Notes: generated by a model not told the origin, from the letters alone. A stretch of DNA of 64,000 bases from Spirochaetia bacterium (GCA_038204425.1 JBBRCZ010000001.1:256001-320000), one strand, 5' to 3'; shown: positions 48,848 through 59,729, counted from the first letter of the stretch. Numbers and translations: made by a program.

Positions 48848-49484
48848 TGGCCCTGCAGGAGCAGGCAAAAGTTCAGTTGCTCGTTTTGTAAGCCAAAGTC
48901 TGGGTTTTACCTATCTCAACTCCGGAAGTCTTTATCGTGGGATTGCCGCGCTCTGTATTCGCAGCAAGCTGGCCCATAGCGAAGAAGAGATTTTAAAGCT
49001 GTCCAGACAGATCCAATTTTCCTTTAAGGATGACCAACTCTATAATGGGTTTGAAAATATCGAGGGACTGCTTCGGACTGACACTGTTGATGCCTTGGTT
49101 TCTGAGGTAGCTGTATTTCCTGAACTACGAATAAGTGTAAATCAAATATTGATTGAGCAAAGCAAAAATAAAAACGTTGTTGTCGAGGGACGAGATATGA
49201 CAACTGTGGTCTTCCCCAACGCAGAAATCAAGTTCTACCTCGACGCACATTCATCAACTCGAGCCCTTCGCAGACACGCTCAAGGAACAAGTCAACTTAG
49301 CATCCTTGACATCGAAAGTTCAATCAAGCAAAGAGATAGTGCAGATCAAAACCGCGAAATTGGTCAGCTCAAAATTGCAAGCGACGCCGAATATATAGAC
49401 ACTACAGGCTTGACGATCCAACAAGTTTGTGCAAGAGTAGTCCAATCCATCCAAGGATACTTATTGCGGCAGGAGAAAAGTTAA
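48831..49484 (+). CDS. cmk: Cytidylate kinase
   Basis: IDGPAGAGKS, EGRDM. Confidence 0.95.
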   Translation: MVVAIDGPAGAGKSSVARFVSQSLGFTYLNSGSLYRGIAALCIRSKLAHSEEEILKLSRQIQFSFKDDQLYNGFENIEGLLRTDTVDALVSEVAVFPELRISVNQILIEQSKNKNVVVEGRDMTTVVFPNAEIKFYLDAHSSTRALRRHAQGTSQLSILDIESSIKQRDSADQNREIGQLKIASDAEYIDTTGLTIQQVCARVVQSIQGYLLRQEKS

Positions 49485-49488
49485 GGAC

Positions 49489-51195
49489 ATGGCACATAAG
49501 GCATTGAACGGTACAAACGGACCTATTTCTGGGTCTCAGCAGGAATTACAGGAAGAGTATTTAAAATCTTTGGATGAGCTTGAAGCCGGGCAGCTTGTCG
49601 AGGGGACAGTTGTTGCACTCAGTGATGAGCACGTTTTTGTTGACGTTGGATACAAATCAGAAGGAAAAATCCTTCTTGATGAGTTTGATGTCAAGCCAAA
49701 AAACGGTGATAAAATTCAAGTTGTATTGATTACAAAAGAAGGCCGTCATGGCGAAGTTGTTGTTTCAAAGCGAAAAGCAGATGAGAAGGTCTCTTGGCGA
49801 GATCTAAAAGATGCGTTTCAAGAAGGCCAAGCAGTACCCGGCAAGGTTGTTAAGATTGTTAAGGGCGGCTTTGAGGTTCTCTTGATGAAGGCCAGTAAAG
49901 CATTTAACCCCATTTCTAAGATGGATCTATTTCGCATAGAAAACCCCGAAACTTATTTAAATCTGGAATCTACTTTTTTAATCGAGCGCCTTTTTCATGA
50001 GGGAAGAATAAACATTATTGTTTCTCGCCGCGCTTGGTTAGAAAAAGAAGTAGCAAAAAACAAGTCTGAGTTTTTTGATAGCAAAAATGAAGGTGATACC
50101 GTAGAAGGTGAAGTTAAGTCTTTTACCAGTTTTGGCGCCTTTGTTGACCTTGGTGGATTTGACGGACTACTTCACATTAATGATATGAGCTGGGGCCACG
50201 TAACAAGGCCAAAAGACTATGTTAAAAAAGGTCAAAAACTACAGCTAATCGTTTCAAAACTTGACAAAGAAACACAAAAAATCAACCTTTCTCTAAAGGA
50301 AACTACAGCTAATCCTTGGGATTCTTTTAATGACCGTTATCAGGTCGATGACGTGATAAAAGGTAAGGTTACTAAACTAACTGACTTTGGTGCTTTTATA
50401 GAACTTGAGGAAGGTATTGAAGGTCTTGTCCATATCTCAGAATTGTCTTGGACCAAGAGAGTCAAGAATCCCAAAGAAATCCTAAAGGTTGGTGATGACG
50501 TCGAGGCCAAGGTGCTCGGCTTTGACCTCGAAGCAAGAAAAGTCTCTTTGGGAATGAAGCAGATCATGACTAATCCTTGGGATAGCATCGATACGCTGTA
50601 CCCCGTAGGTACTAAACTTACAAGAAAAGTAAAAAAAATTACCCAAAATGGAGCGTTCATAGAGCTTGAAGAAGGTATTGATGCCTATTTGAGTCTTGAT
50701 GATGTGTCTTGGACTAAGAAACCAAAGTCAATGAACCAAGTTGTTCAAGAAGAGCAGGATATTGAAGTTGTGGTAATTACAGCTGATCCTGAACACAGAA
50801 ATATTCGTGTTGGAGTTAAACAGCTATCTGACGACCCTTGGACAAGTCTCAAGGCCAACTTCCCAGAAGGAAGTGCCATCAGCGGAGAGATTACTAATAT
50901 TACTGATTTTGGCATGTTCGTTCGTATTGCAGGCGGAATCGAAGGTTTGATTCCAAAGTCTCATATTTGTGATACTCGGTATCAGAACGCGGATGAAGAA
51001 ATCAAAAAATTTAAATCCGGAGATACAGTAAAGGCAATCGTAGCAGAGATTCAACTGTCCAAACAAAAATTGTCATTGTCTTTAAAGGACTTACAGCGCC
51101 AAGTTGAACAAAGTGATTTTGCCAAATACCTGCATGATGCCGACGGTGAAAAAAGTACCATGTCACTAGGTGACTTTATCAAAAAAGAAGACTAG
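49489..51195 (+). CDS. rpsA: 30S ribosomal protein S1
   Basis: Six S1 repeats (FGAFVD, EGLVHISELSW). Confidence 0.97.
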   Translation: MAHKALNGTNGPISGSQQELQEEYLKSLDELEAGQLVEGTVVALSDEHVFVDVGYKSEGKILLDEFDVKPKNGDKIQVVLITKEGRHGEVVVSKRKADEKVSWRDLKDAFQEGQAVPGKVVKIVKGGFEVLLMKASKAFNPISKMDLFRIENPETYLNLESTFLIERLFHEGRINIIVSRRAWLEKEVAKNKSEFFDSKNEGDTVEGEVKSFTSFGAFVDLGGFDGLLHINDMSWGHVTRPKDYVKKGQKLQLIVSKLDKETQKINLSLKETTANPWDSFNDRYQVDDVIKGKVTKLTDFGAFIELEEGIEGLVHISELSWTKRVKNPKEILKVGDDVEAKVLGFDLEARKVSLGMKQIMTNPWDSIDTLYPVGTKLTRKVKKITQNGAFIELEEGIDAYLSLDDVSWTKKPKSMNQVVQEEQDIEVVVITADPEHRNIRVGVKQLSDDPWTSLKANFPEGSAISGEITNITDFGMFVRIAGGIEGLIPKSHICDTRYQNADEEIKKFKSGDTVKAIVAEIQLSKQKLSLSLKDLQRQVEQSDFAKYLHDADGEKSTMSLGDFIKKED

Positions 51196-51211
51196 TAGCG
51201 AGATTAGTTGA

Positions 51212-52369
51212 TTGAGCATAGAATCGGAATTGTTTCACTGCTTTAGAAAGGATCATTTGGCCATTATTGGTGTAAATGATCCTTTTTTTTGGCGAATGTT
51301 AAATGACGTGCTTATCCATTTGGGATTGACAGCCGACGATCTCAGTCTTGATGGTAGTTTGTTGACGCTATTAATCTCCAGTAAAACTGAGGTTGACTTA
51401 ATAGCGTTGGCTTATCTGAATGACTTGATGCAGTATCTCTTTCACAAAATATTCATAGAGATGTCCTTTAGCATCACTACGGATAAAAAGAAGGCATTGC
51501 TATCTGTAAGTGTTCCTTGCCCAAGTCTCGAGCATGATTTTAAAAAGCTAGAAAAGATGGCTCATAGCAAGCTTCCCGTGTTTATTAGTGGCGACACAGG
51601 AGTAGGCAAGTCCTTTCTTGCTTCCTATATTCACGAAATATCACAGTGCATCGGTGAAAAAGTGGTAGTTCCACTGGCTACGCTTCCAAATGATTTGTTT
51701 GAAGCTGAGTTGTTTGGCACAGTCGCAGGTGCCTTTACCGATGGTGTCTATGACAGAAAGGGTAGGGTGGGGCAAGCAATTAACGGAACCCTGATCTTAG
51801 AAGAGATTTCGGATGCGTCACTTCAAGCCCAATCTAAGCTTTTTGAAATTCTTGATAGTGGTATGTATAGGCCACTTGGTGCAGGCCATGACAAGCCGAG
51901 TCGTATAAAAATTATAGTTACTTCTCGGTTTCCCTTGGAAACCTTGCTCAGCAAAAAAGTAATCCTGCCGGATCTTCTGTTTAGACTTAATGCTCTTCAG
52001 ATTAACCTGCTTCCAATTTCTAAACGACCAGAAGATATTTTGCATACGGTAGAACAGTTTGTCACTGAGCGGGGATTGGATGCTATGGCTAGAACTAAGC
52101 TAATGGATACCTGTCTTTCAGGGGCGTGGCCTGGGAACTTCAGAGAACTTAAGGGGTACTTGGAGACTCTAAATATAGAAGAAACTAAGACCACGAGTGC
52201 GGTAGAAAGCACGCAAAAAACGCTAAGATTCCGACTTGATCGCTACAAAAAAATTGTACTGTATGATACAATCCTTCAGTGTAATGGAAACATCACTCAA
52301 GCTTCGAAGGAGCTTGGAATTCAAAGATCGTATCTAAGTAGATTGGTCAACGAAAAAAATAAAGATTAA
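51212..52369 (+). CDS. Sigma54-activator-like AAA+ protein with Fis HTH (degenerate)
   Basis: GDTGVGKS, ELFG..AGAFTDG, LILEEI, WPGNFREL, GNITQASKELGI. Confidence 0.85.
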   Translation: MSIESELFHCFRKDHLAIIGVNDPFFWRMLNDVLIHLGLTADDLSLDGSLLTLLISSKTEVDLIALAYLNDLMQYLFHKIFIEMSFSITTDKKKALLSVSVPCPSLEHDFKKLEKMAHSKLPVFISGDTGVGKSFLASYIHEISQCIGEKVVVPLATLPNDLFEAELFGTVAGAFTDGVYDRKGRVGQAINGTLILEEISDASLQAQSKLFEILDSGMYRPLGAGHDKPSRIKIIVTSRFPLETLLSKKVILPDLLFRLNALQINLLPISKRPEDILHTVEQFVTERGLDAMARTKLMDTCLSGAWPGNFRELKGYLETLNIEETKTTSAVESTQKTLRFRLDRYKKIVLYDTILQCNGNITQASKELGIQRSYLSRLVNEKNKD

Positions 52370-52398
52370 TGACTTGACGCAAGTACTAGGAGTTACAG

Positions 52399-53073
52399 AT
52401 GGCGCATGTTGAAAAAATTGGTTTTGCCGAAAGAATATCTCACTTTGTAGAAAAATACCGAACGATAGTCATTGTCTTTTCCTTACTTATAGTGGCCGTC
52501 GTTACCTTTCTTTTTGTAAATGATCTTAATACTCAAAACTTAAACATGCAAACTTCTGTGGCGATAGAAAAGATTGAACAAACTTATTCTGAATGGGAAA
52601 TTGCAGAGGAAGGTGTTAAAGCGACATCAGAAGCTGGGCTTATTGTGGTTCTTGATGAAGCCGCGCAGAAAGATGGTGCCTTAAAACAGTTTGCATTGTA
52701 CTATAAGGCGCGTTATTCTTTCCAGAAAAAACTGTTTAATGAAGCCTATGATTTATTCCTGCAGTCAGCAAGCGTACTCGAGGCTTCCTTTCTTTCACCG
52801 AGCGCAGTCTATCTCGCGGCTGTATCCGCTGAAAACGCCAACGAAATAGAAAAAGCTAAGGCATTATATAACCAAATTAGCTCCGGTGACTCTGAGAAGA
52901 ACACTTTTGTACCACGGGCATTGTTTTCGATGGGCAGAATACTTGAATCCGAAAAAAAGTACAAAGAGGCTGAATCCTTCTATCAGCAAGTAGTAGATAA
53001 GTTTAATGTAAGCAATTGGACAAAACTAGCGAAGAACCGTATAATTTTCTTGAAAGCAAATTCGCTACTGTAA
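52399..53073 (+). CDS. Membrane-anchored TPR protein
   Basis: N-terminal TM plus TPR repeats; AGGAG SD. Confidence 0.8.
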   Translation: MAHVEKIGFAERISHFVEKYRTIVIVFSLLIVAVVTFLFVNDLNTQNLNMQTSVAIEKIEQTYSEWEIAEEGVKATSEAGLIVVLDEAAQKDGALKQFALYYKARYSFQKKLFNEAYDLFLQSASVLEASFLSPSAVYLAAVSAENANEIEKAKALYNQISSGDSEKNTFVPRALFSMGRILESEKKYKEAESFYQQVVDKFNVSNWTKLAKNRIIFLKANSLL

Positions 53074-53102
53074 TTAGCGCAAGTACTTAAAGGAGAATTC
53101 AG

Positions 53103-55448
53103 ATGAGAAAAAGTCAATTTCTTAATCCGAGATACTTCTCGTTTGTAATAGCGATTGTGATCTCAGTCATAGTTTGGGTTTCCCATTCGACCATACTTTT
53201 TAGTAACCTAAACTATACGGTTCTTGATACACTTTTTGCGTTTAAAAGTACTCAGCAGGAAGAAGGAAGCGATTTCTCTAGCAAGATTTCGGAGGACATT
53301 CTGCTGGTCGGCATTGATGACGACAGCCTCTTGGAATTTGGTCGTTGGCCATGGGCTCGGCATAGGCATGCTAACTATTTAAACTTCCTTAGTCGCATCA
53401 ACAATCAAGACAACAGAGAGAGTGCAGCTTTCTTGGATATTTTCTTTTTTGAACCATCCGAGCAAAGTGAAAACGACCTGCTTTTGGCTCAAGCTATAAA
53501 GGATAATAAAAAGGTTTTCTTGGAAACCACGCTTGACGTGCAGGTTCTTGATGGTGAGCTGCAGACATTTACACAAGAGAATCTTAGTAAGGTAATCGAA
53601 CAATTTGGTGTCATAGAGTCTATTCAGGGTGACACCAGTCAGATGCAGCCTTTTATGAGCGGGCACGCGCCGTTGCAGCCCTTTGCTACAGCCAGTAAAG
53701 GTATTGGGCATGCAAGCTATCAACCTGATGAAGACCAAACGTTTCGAAGGCATTTGCTAATAACCAGGGTTTCTCAATTGCAAGAAGAAGTAAGGCTCGA
53801 CGATCTACCAAAAATGAAGCTTGACCTAAGTCTCAATTTTGAACGCTTTGCTTGGACTGACAAATATGGCGCAAGTCACCAAATCAAATGGCCTCTAGAA
53901 GAGGGTGCGTTTGCAGAACTAAAAACCTTAATTGAACGGGATGGGGTAGCGATCAACGAAGACTTTGATGAGTCTGGCTTGGCCACTTCGAGCTCATTCA
54001 TGATTGGGCTCTATAGAGACTACTTTATGCCCTCGATTAACCTAGTACTGGCACTAAATTACTTTAACAAGAAGCTTAGTGACATAGAGGTTATCATCGG
54101 TGAACATGTAAAGATTTCAAAGCCGTCTAAGTTTAATTCAGAATCAGGACAGTGGGAAGACTACCGAATTCGAACCAAGAAGGCGACCTATGACAGTGAA
54201 GGCAATGAATTATCTCCAGCTGAATTTAATCTAGTCCCAGAAATTCTAATACCAATTGACAACAGAGGGCGGATGCTTATTAATTTTCTTGGGCCAAGAA
54301 GCATCCCCGGTGGAAGGCAAACTTTTCCACTTCGGTCTTATCGTGGCTATGCAAATAAGCCAAGTAATCCAGACCCTGACTCTTGGAGAGCTTCTTCAAT
54401 CCGGCTGGAAAACAAAATCGTCATGGCCGGTCCATTCTCGCTTGGTATGGCGGAGGATGAAAAAAAGACGCCATTTGGAACCATGTTTGGCGTTGAGGTA
54501 CATGCTAACGCCTTGAATACAATTTTGATGAACAACTTTATTCATACAGTACCAGATAGTCTCTCGTTTCTATTGCTTTTCTTGTTATCGGTCTTAGTTG
54601 CTTTCTATACCTCTCGTTTGGGTACACATTGGTCAACACTCATTACTTTACTGCTCGTAGTTGCATATTTTCTGTTCTCAAGCTTGGTCTTCGACAGTGA
54701 GGCTTTGCTCTTTGATTTTGCGTCTCCAACAATTGCAGTTCTACTAACCATGTTGGGGGTCATTGCATACAGAGTAATGACCGAAGAAAAAGAAAAACGC
54801 AGAATTCAGTCAATGTTTGGAAAGTACGTCAGCAAGGAAATGGTTGACAGTATGATAGCCACCGGTAGACAGCCGGAGCTTGGCGGAGTAGACAAGGAAA
54901 TAACCGTACTGTTCTCTGATATTAGAGGATTTACTACCTTGTCAGAATCAATGTCACCACAAGAACTTGTAAACCATTTGAATGAATACTTGACTGAAAT
55001 GACCGATATAATCTTTGAGTTCAAAGGGACTCTTGATAAATATGTTGGCGATGAAGTGATGTGTTTCTGGGGAGCCCCCTTGCCACAAGAGGACCATGCA
55101 CTGCTGGCGTGCAAGTGTGCCCTCAAGCAAATGGAACGACTGAATGAACTCAATGCTAAATGGCCACCCGAGAAACGAATTGACATTGGTATTGGTCTAA
55201 ACTCAGGGATTATGACCGTGGGAAACATGGGTTCGCCTGGTCGCCTAAACTATACTCTAATGGGTGACAACGTAAACCTCGGTGCGCGTCTTGAAGGAAC
55301 CAATAAACAGTACTTTACGCATATAATTATCAGTGAGTATACCTATGGATTAGTTAAGGACAAAGTTATTGTCAGGGAACTAGATAACATCCGGGTCAAG
55401 GGCAAGAACAAACCGGTAGTAATTTTTGAGTTAATTGATGTGCTTTAA
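53103..55448 (+). CDS. CHASE2-domain class III adenylate cyclase
   Basis: VGIDD..GRWPW.R, GVEVHA, 3 TM helices, FSDIRGFT, DKYVGD, YTLMGDNVNLGARLE (Lys/Thr pair indicating adenine specificity). Confidence 0.92.
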   Translation: MRKSQFLNPRYFSFVIAIVISVIVWVSHSTILFSNLNYTVLDTLFAFKSTQQEEGSDFSSKISEDILLVGIDDDSLLEFGRWPWARHRHANYLNFLSRINNQDNRESAAFLDIFFFEPSEQSENDLLLAQAIKDNKKVFLETTLDVQVLDGELQTFTQENLSKVIEQFGVIESIQGDTSQMQPFMSGHAPLQPFATASKGIGHASYQPDEDQTFRRHLLITRVSQLQEEVRLDDLPKMKLDLSLNFERFAWTDKYGASHQIKWPLEEGAFAELKTLIERDGVAINEDFDESGLATSSSFMIGLYRDYFMPSINLVLALNYFNKKLSDIEVIIGEHVKISKPSKFNSESGQWEDYRIRTKKATYDSEGNELSPAEFNLVPEILIPIDNRGRMLINFLGPRSIPGGRQTFPLRSYRGYANKPSNPDPDSWRASSIRLENKIVMAGPFSLGMAEDEKKTPFGTMFGVEVHANALNTILMNNFIHTVPDSLSFLLLFLLSVLVAFYTSRLGTHWSTLITLLLVVAYFLFSSLVFDSEALLFDFASPTIAVLLTMLGVIAYRVMTEEKEKRRIQSMFGKYVSKEMVDSMIATGRQPELGGVDKEITVLFSDIRGFTTLSESMSPQELVNHLNEYLTEMTDIIFEFKGTLDKYVGDEVMCFWGAPLPQEDHALLACKCALKQMERLNELNAKWPPEKRIDIGIGLNSGIMTVGNMGSPGRLNYTLMGDNVNLGARLEGTNKQYFTHIIISEYTYGLVKDKVIVRELDNIRVKGKNKPVVIFELIDVL

Positions 55449-56184
55449 AATAAGCCACATGATGACAGCTCTAGATATCGTAATAGCAACAGTTCTGTTA
55501 TCTTGTGGTTTACCTGATCCAGTTGATCTTCTAAAAGAACCTAAGACCGAGACATCAAGTGAAGGAATTAAAGTTCTTGTAAGTTGCACCAATGACTATA
55601 AACAATACGGGCTAAATTTCTATTACTATATTTACAATGCGGATGATGATAGTTCTGCGGGACTAGTGCATAATCAAAAGATTCAGACAATTCTGACTTC
55701 AACTGCCGCAGTAGATGTCACAGCCTCAAGTGCGGCATATTCGCTGTCAAAAAGTGAGAACTTTGCTTTGGTACTCACTAGTGACGTATTTACGATGGAT
55801 CTTCTCAGTCTTAACCCTCCGTTGGCACTAAGGCAATTGGGTGATCCTTTGATCACAGAAGAACGGTCCCTTGTGATCAACTCTAGTAGTCCAATCAATT
55901 TTTTGAAGTTAATTAACAGCGTTAGTAGTTCTCAAGAGTATATTTTAGTCCGGTTGGATCAAAGCAGATTCTATCGTGATAGAATTGTAGAACAGTTGAA
56001 CACTGTTGAGCCAAATTTGCAACCTTTAGATATTAGAAACAGAAATCTCGATACAAATAAACCGTTCTACGTTTCATTTTTCATAGCAAGTTCCGCGCTA
56101 ACCTTCGTTTCGGGACCTGTAACATTGTACTCAATACCAGTCGGATTTGGCTTCTTTAAAATACCTGAGGTAGATCCTTCGTGA
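55438..56184 (+). CDS. Putative lipoprotein
   Basis: LLSCGLP lipobox-like motif; overlaps the cyclase stop. Confidence 0.6.
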   Translation: MCFKISHMMTALDIVIATVLLSCGLPDPVDLLKEPKTETSSEGIKVLVSCTNDYKQYGLNFYYYIYNADDDSSAGLVHNQKIQTILTSTAAVDVTASSAAYSLSKSENFALVLTSDVFTMDLLSLNPPLALRQLGDPLITEERSLVINSSSPINFLKLINSVSSSQEYILVRLDQSRFYRDRIVEQLNTVEPNLQPLDIRNRNLDTNKPFYVSFFIASSALTFVSGPVTLYSIPVGFGFFKIPEVDPS

Positions 56185-56462
56185 GCTTGTTTCTAGTTCT
56201 GCATATTTTTCTCTATATCTTGGCTTGCTCATCTATGACTGCTCTTATAATTGGCTACTTTTTCGAGCCACTACGACATGAGTTTGTAATTTTTTTCATC
56301 TTGTCAGCAATCTTTACCGCAATAGGCACACTTTTTTCACTATTGTTCTCAAATACAATTAATGTTCCTGTTTTTATCGCTAGGTATCTTGTACCTGTTG
56401 TGTTTAGCATCCTTGGAAACACCTTCTATATTCGTATTAGATTCAACAACACTGACCATTAG
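56181..56462 (+). CDS. Small membrane protein (3 TM)
   Basis: 93 aa and hydrophobic; GAGG SD and GTGA overlap. Confidence 0.65.
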   Translation: MSLFLVLHIFLYILACSSMTALIIGYFFEPLRHEFVIFFILSAIFTAIGTLFSLLFSNTINVPVFIARYLVPVVFSILGNTFYIRIRFNNTDH

Positions 56463-56530
56463 TGTGTATAATGTATATTCTGTCTACTAAGATGGCTGGT
56501 GGATCAATTAGAAAACGATGCCGTGTTGCA

Positions 56531-57844
56531 TTAGAATTGATAACGATAGTTGTTGACGCTGTTCAATAGTCCGATCGCAATCATTGAGCTTAGTAAGGCC
56601 GAACCACCATAGGATAGAAAAAGAAGTGGGATCCCAGTTATCGGCATTAGACCAATAGTCATACCTATATTGACCAAATAGTGGAAAAGCAACAAAGAAG
56701 AAATGCCTGTTGCAATTGATACACCAAAAAGATCACGCGCTTTGCTTGCGATATAGAATCCTCTTAAGATCAAAACTAAGTACATAGCAGAAATTAACAA
56801 GCCTCCAACAAACCCAAATTCTTCGCTAACGATCGAAAAAATAAAATCGGTACTTTGTTCTGGCAAGTACCTCAAATGACTCTGTGTGCCCAGAAGAAAT
56901 CCTTTGCCCCAGAATCCACCGGAGCCAACTGCTGTGATTGATTGGATTATGTTCCAGCCAGCTCCGCGTGCATCGATTTGGGGATCAAGAAAGACGACCA
57001 AGCGCTTTATTTGATAATCTCGCAGTACCTCTCGAGCCGCAAGAGACAACAAATATGACAGAAGCACTATCAAGACTACATAGCATATCCAATAGAAATA
57101 GTTTTTCTTCAGAATGCGCAGCGAGATAAAGCTGACTATGACGATTCCGGCCAAGGCGGAAATTAAAATAACGATGAGTTTTCTATCGTTGAAGACAGAC
57201 ATCCAAGCGATTCTTCCGTTGTAAAGATATTTGTCCCAGGATGGTAACAAAACGAATAAGGCTGTTAGCACGAATATTAGAGATAAAAAGAGCACATATC
57301 TGCTTGGATAGTTGGCGAGATAGCAGACAAATAGAAAAATAGGAATAAATACTAGCGAAGTACCAAGATCTGGCTGAAGTAGAATAAATAGTATTGGAAG
57401 CGCGACGACCAAAAGGTTATTTGTAAAACTAAATAATTTGTTGGTTCTAATGGTGGTTTTGTCTATTCTTTTTGCGAGATAGAGAATAGTGGCGATTTTT
57501 AAGAACTCCGATGGTTGGATACCCAACTCGCCTATTCCAATCCAACTTTTGGCTCCATTCACAACCTTTCCGGAAAATACCGTTATCAATACAAGTGTTA
57601 GAAAAAATAAGTAGTAGTAGACGCTAAACTCCCGGTGAAACTCATATTTGACTAAGGAGAAGACGACATATAGTGCTAAACCAAGTACAGCCCAAATTAT
57701 TTGCTTCAACCACTCGTTTGAAACCAATGTACCATCTGAGTTTATCCCGCTCGAGTAGATAAAGAAAATACCAATTATCACCAAACCAAAGAGAGGCAAA
57801 AAAAGATACGGATCAATTTTTAGGTTCAATGATGGTTTATTCAT
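56531..57844 (-). CDS. rodA: Rod shape-determining SEDS glycosyltransferase
   Basis: GAKSW, QPSEF, QPDLGT, PEQSTDFIF, SYGGS. Confidence 0.95.
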   Translation of the reverse strand: MNKPSLNLKIDPYLFLPLFGLVIIGIFFIYSSGINSDGTLVSNEWLKQIIWAVLGLALYVVFSLVKYEFHREFSVYYYLFFLTLVLITVFSGKVVNGAKSWIGIGELGIQPSEFLKIATILYLAKRIDKTTIRTNKLFSFTNNLLVVALPILFILLQPDLGTSLVFIPIFLFVCYLANYPSRYVLFLSLIFVLTALFVLLPSWDKYLYNGRIAWMSVFNDRKLIVILISALAGIVIVSFISLRILKKNYFYWICYVVLIVLLSYLLSLAAREVLRDYQIKRLVVFLDPQIDARGAGWNIIQSITAVGSGGFWGKGFLLGTQSHLRYLPEQSTDFIFSIVSEEFGFVGGLLISAMYLVLILRGFYIASKARDLFGVSIATGISSLLLFHYLVNIGMTIGLMPITGIPLLFLSYGGSALLSSMIAIGLLNSVNNYRYQF

Positions 57845-59729
57845 TCAAAATTGTATCCTGACTCAAAGAGAAAATTTCCGGTTGTGACAAGTACCACAAG
57901 GGCTGCAGATCTTTGACAGTTTGTTCATAGTTAAGACCTGTAAAGATACCGTGATAGATTAGATTGGCGGCCTTTGGCGCCCACCAATCCCAAATGTTGA
58001 CGGCGTCAACCCAAACAGCTACTACGTAGACATCTTCAATACTCTGATAGTCATATGGTGCAAAGGCGACAAACCAAGAGTGTTTGGTTTCTTCAAACCC
58101 GGTTTGTGCTGTTCCGGTTTTTCCTGCAATCTTCACCGCCTTGGTAGTTATTACTTCTTTTGCTGTTCCATCAGTAATTACCAAACGCATAGCCTCTCGC
58201 ACCTGTTGATACACATCTTTTCTCAATTGGAGATCATAAAGAACTTTTTTTTGATTCTCTAAGACAACGTCATAGCTTGAAGAACTTCTTATTTCTTTCA
58301 TTAAGTGGGGTTGGTACACTATCCCTTCATTCACAATCCCTGAGACCATGTTTGCAAGTTGCAATGGTGTGGTAACAAGGTAGCCCTGCCCGATACTCAA
58401 GTTTACCGTGTCACCGCCAACCCATGCTACTCCCGTGTTTTCCTTCTTCCACGCAGCATTGGGAACAAAACCTGCAACCTCTCCGGGCAAGTCAATCCCC
58501 GAAAGTTGTCCAAAACCAAATAGCTCCGCGTATCTTGCTATTTTTTCTACTCCAAGATGTTCAAGACCTAAGGTATAATAGTAAATGTTGCATGACTCAG
58601 CCAAAGCCGAATACAGATTCATGTAACCGTGCCCAGTTTTTAAGTGGTCATTGAATCTTCTATTTCCAATTTGCAGCCAACCTTTGCACAGGATAGTAGA
58701 TGACTTTGGAAAAGCATTTTCTTGAAGACTTGCTGCGGTCATAATAATCTTGAATGTCGATGCTGGAGCAGCCGCCGATTGTATAGCTCGGTTTAGGAAC
58801 GGACTCCTTTGGTCCCGTTGAAGATTGGCAAATTGGCCTTGTGTATCATCAGAGTAGAAACTGTTTGGATTGTAGCTTGGATATGATACCAAAGAAACTA
58901 TTTCACCACTTGATGGTTTAATAACCACAGCTGCCCCTACCCGATTACCTAGTGCTCGAACCGACAGTTCCTGAATCCTTTTGTCTATAGAAAGTACTAA
59001 GTGGTTGCCAAGTTCGGGTGGTATGATTGTCGTCTCAAGATTGTCAACTCCCTTTCCGCGAGCGTCAACTCTTTGAAAGACGATACCATCTTTTCCCCGT
59101 AAGACGTCATCATATACTTTTTCTATTCCATTTTTGCCAACCAAAGAGTTTCTAGTGTATCCTTGATTAAAAAGTACTTGAATTTCCTCCGGTGTAATTT
59201 CTCCAATATAACCTAGCACGTGGGACAAATTGTGAGACAGGTTATACAATCGCTTACTGCGTTGGCTCCAAGAGATGCCTGGAAAATCATCTACTCGCTC
59301 GGCAAAATAGACAAGATCTCTATAGGAAATATCTTTCCTTAGTTCTATTGGTTTGTAGAACTTAAGATTTTTTGGAAGCATGTTGAGAAAATGGTCGACA
59401 GGAACATTAAAGTATGCTGAAAGACTGGTGAGTACCTGACGAAGTTGAAGTTCACTACCAAAATCAGGCAAAAGATTTAGAGAATAGCTGGTAAAACTAC
59501 TAGCTATTGGTGAATCAAAGTTTCTGTCATAAATTTCACCCCTTTTGGCAAAAATAGTGTCTGATCGACTAGAACTTTGCCTAGACGCCTGCTCAAAATG
59601 GGCTTTTTGAACAACTTGCATTGAATATAATCGCCCGAGGTATAGCAGTGCAACAAATATTGAAAAAATGCCTGCTGCAATAAATCTTAATCTGTTGGCT
59701 CGATTGAAACCAACTTCCTCTGCGCTCAT
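57837..59729 (-). CDS. mrdA: Penicillin-binding protein 2
   Basis: RGEIYDRN, STFK (SxxK), SCN, KTGT. Confidence 0.95.
   Translation of the reverse strand: MSAEEVGFNRANRLRFIAAGIFSIFVALLYLGRLYSMQVVQKAHFEQASRQSSSRSDTIFAKRGEIYDRNFDSPIASSFTSYSLNLLPDFGSELQLRQVLTSLSAYFNVPVDHFLNMLPKNLKFYKPIELRKDISYRDLVYFAERVDDFPGISWSQRSKRLYNLSHNLSHVLGYIGEITPEEIQVLFNQGYTRNSLVGKNGIEKVYDDVLRGKDGIVFQRVDARGKGVDNLETTIIPPELGNHLVLSIDKRIQELSVRALGNRVGAAVVIKPSSGEIVSLVSYPSYNPNSFYSDDTQGQFANLQRDQRSPFLNRAIQSAAAPASTFKIIMTAASLQENAFPKSSTILCKGWLQIGNRRFNDHLKTGHGYMNLYSALAESCNIYYYTLGLEHLGVEKIARYAELFGFGQLSGIDLPGEVAGFVPNAAWKKENTGVAWVGGDTVNLSIGQGYLVTTPLQLANMVSGIVNEGIVYQPHLMKEIRSSSSYDVVLENQKKVLYDLQLRKDVYQQVREAMRLVITDGTAKEVITTKAVKIAGKTGTAQTGFEETKHSWFVAFAPYDYQSIEDVYVVAVWVDAVNIWDWWAPKAANLIYHGIFTGLNYEQTVKDLQPLWYLSQPEIFSLSQDTILNE

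Noticed and set aside
56461..56530. TATAAT pointing antisense into rodA
   Set aside because: No convincing -35 box or extended -10; AT-rich context.
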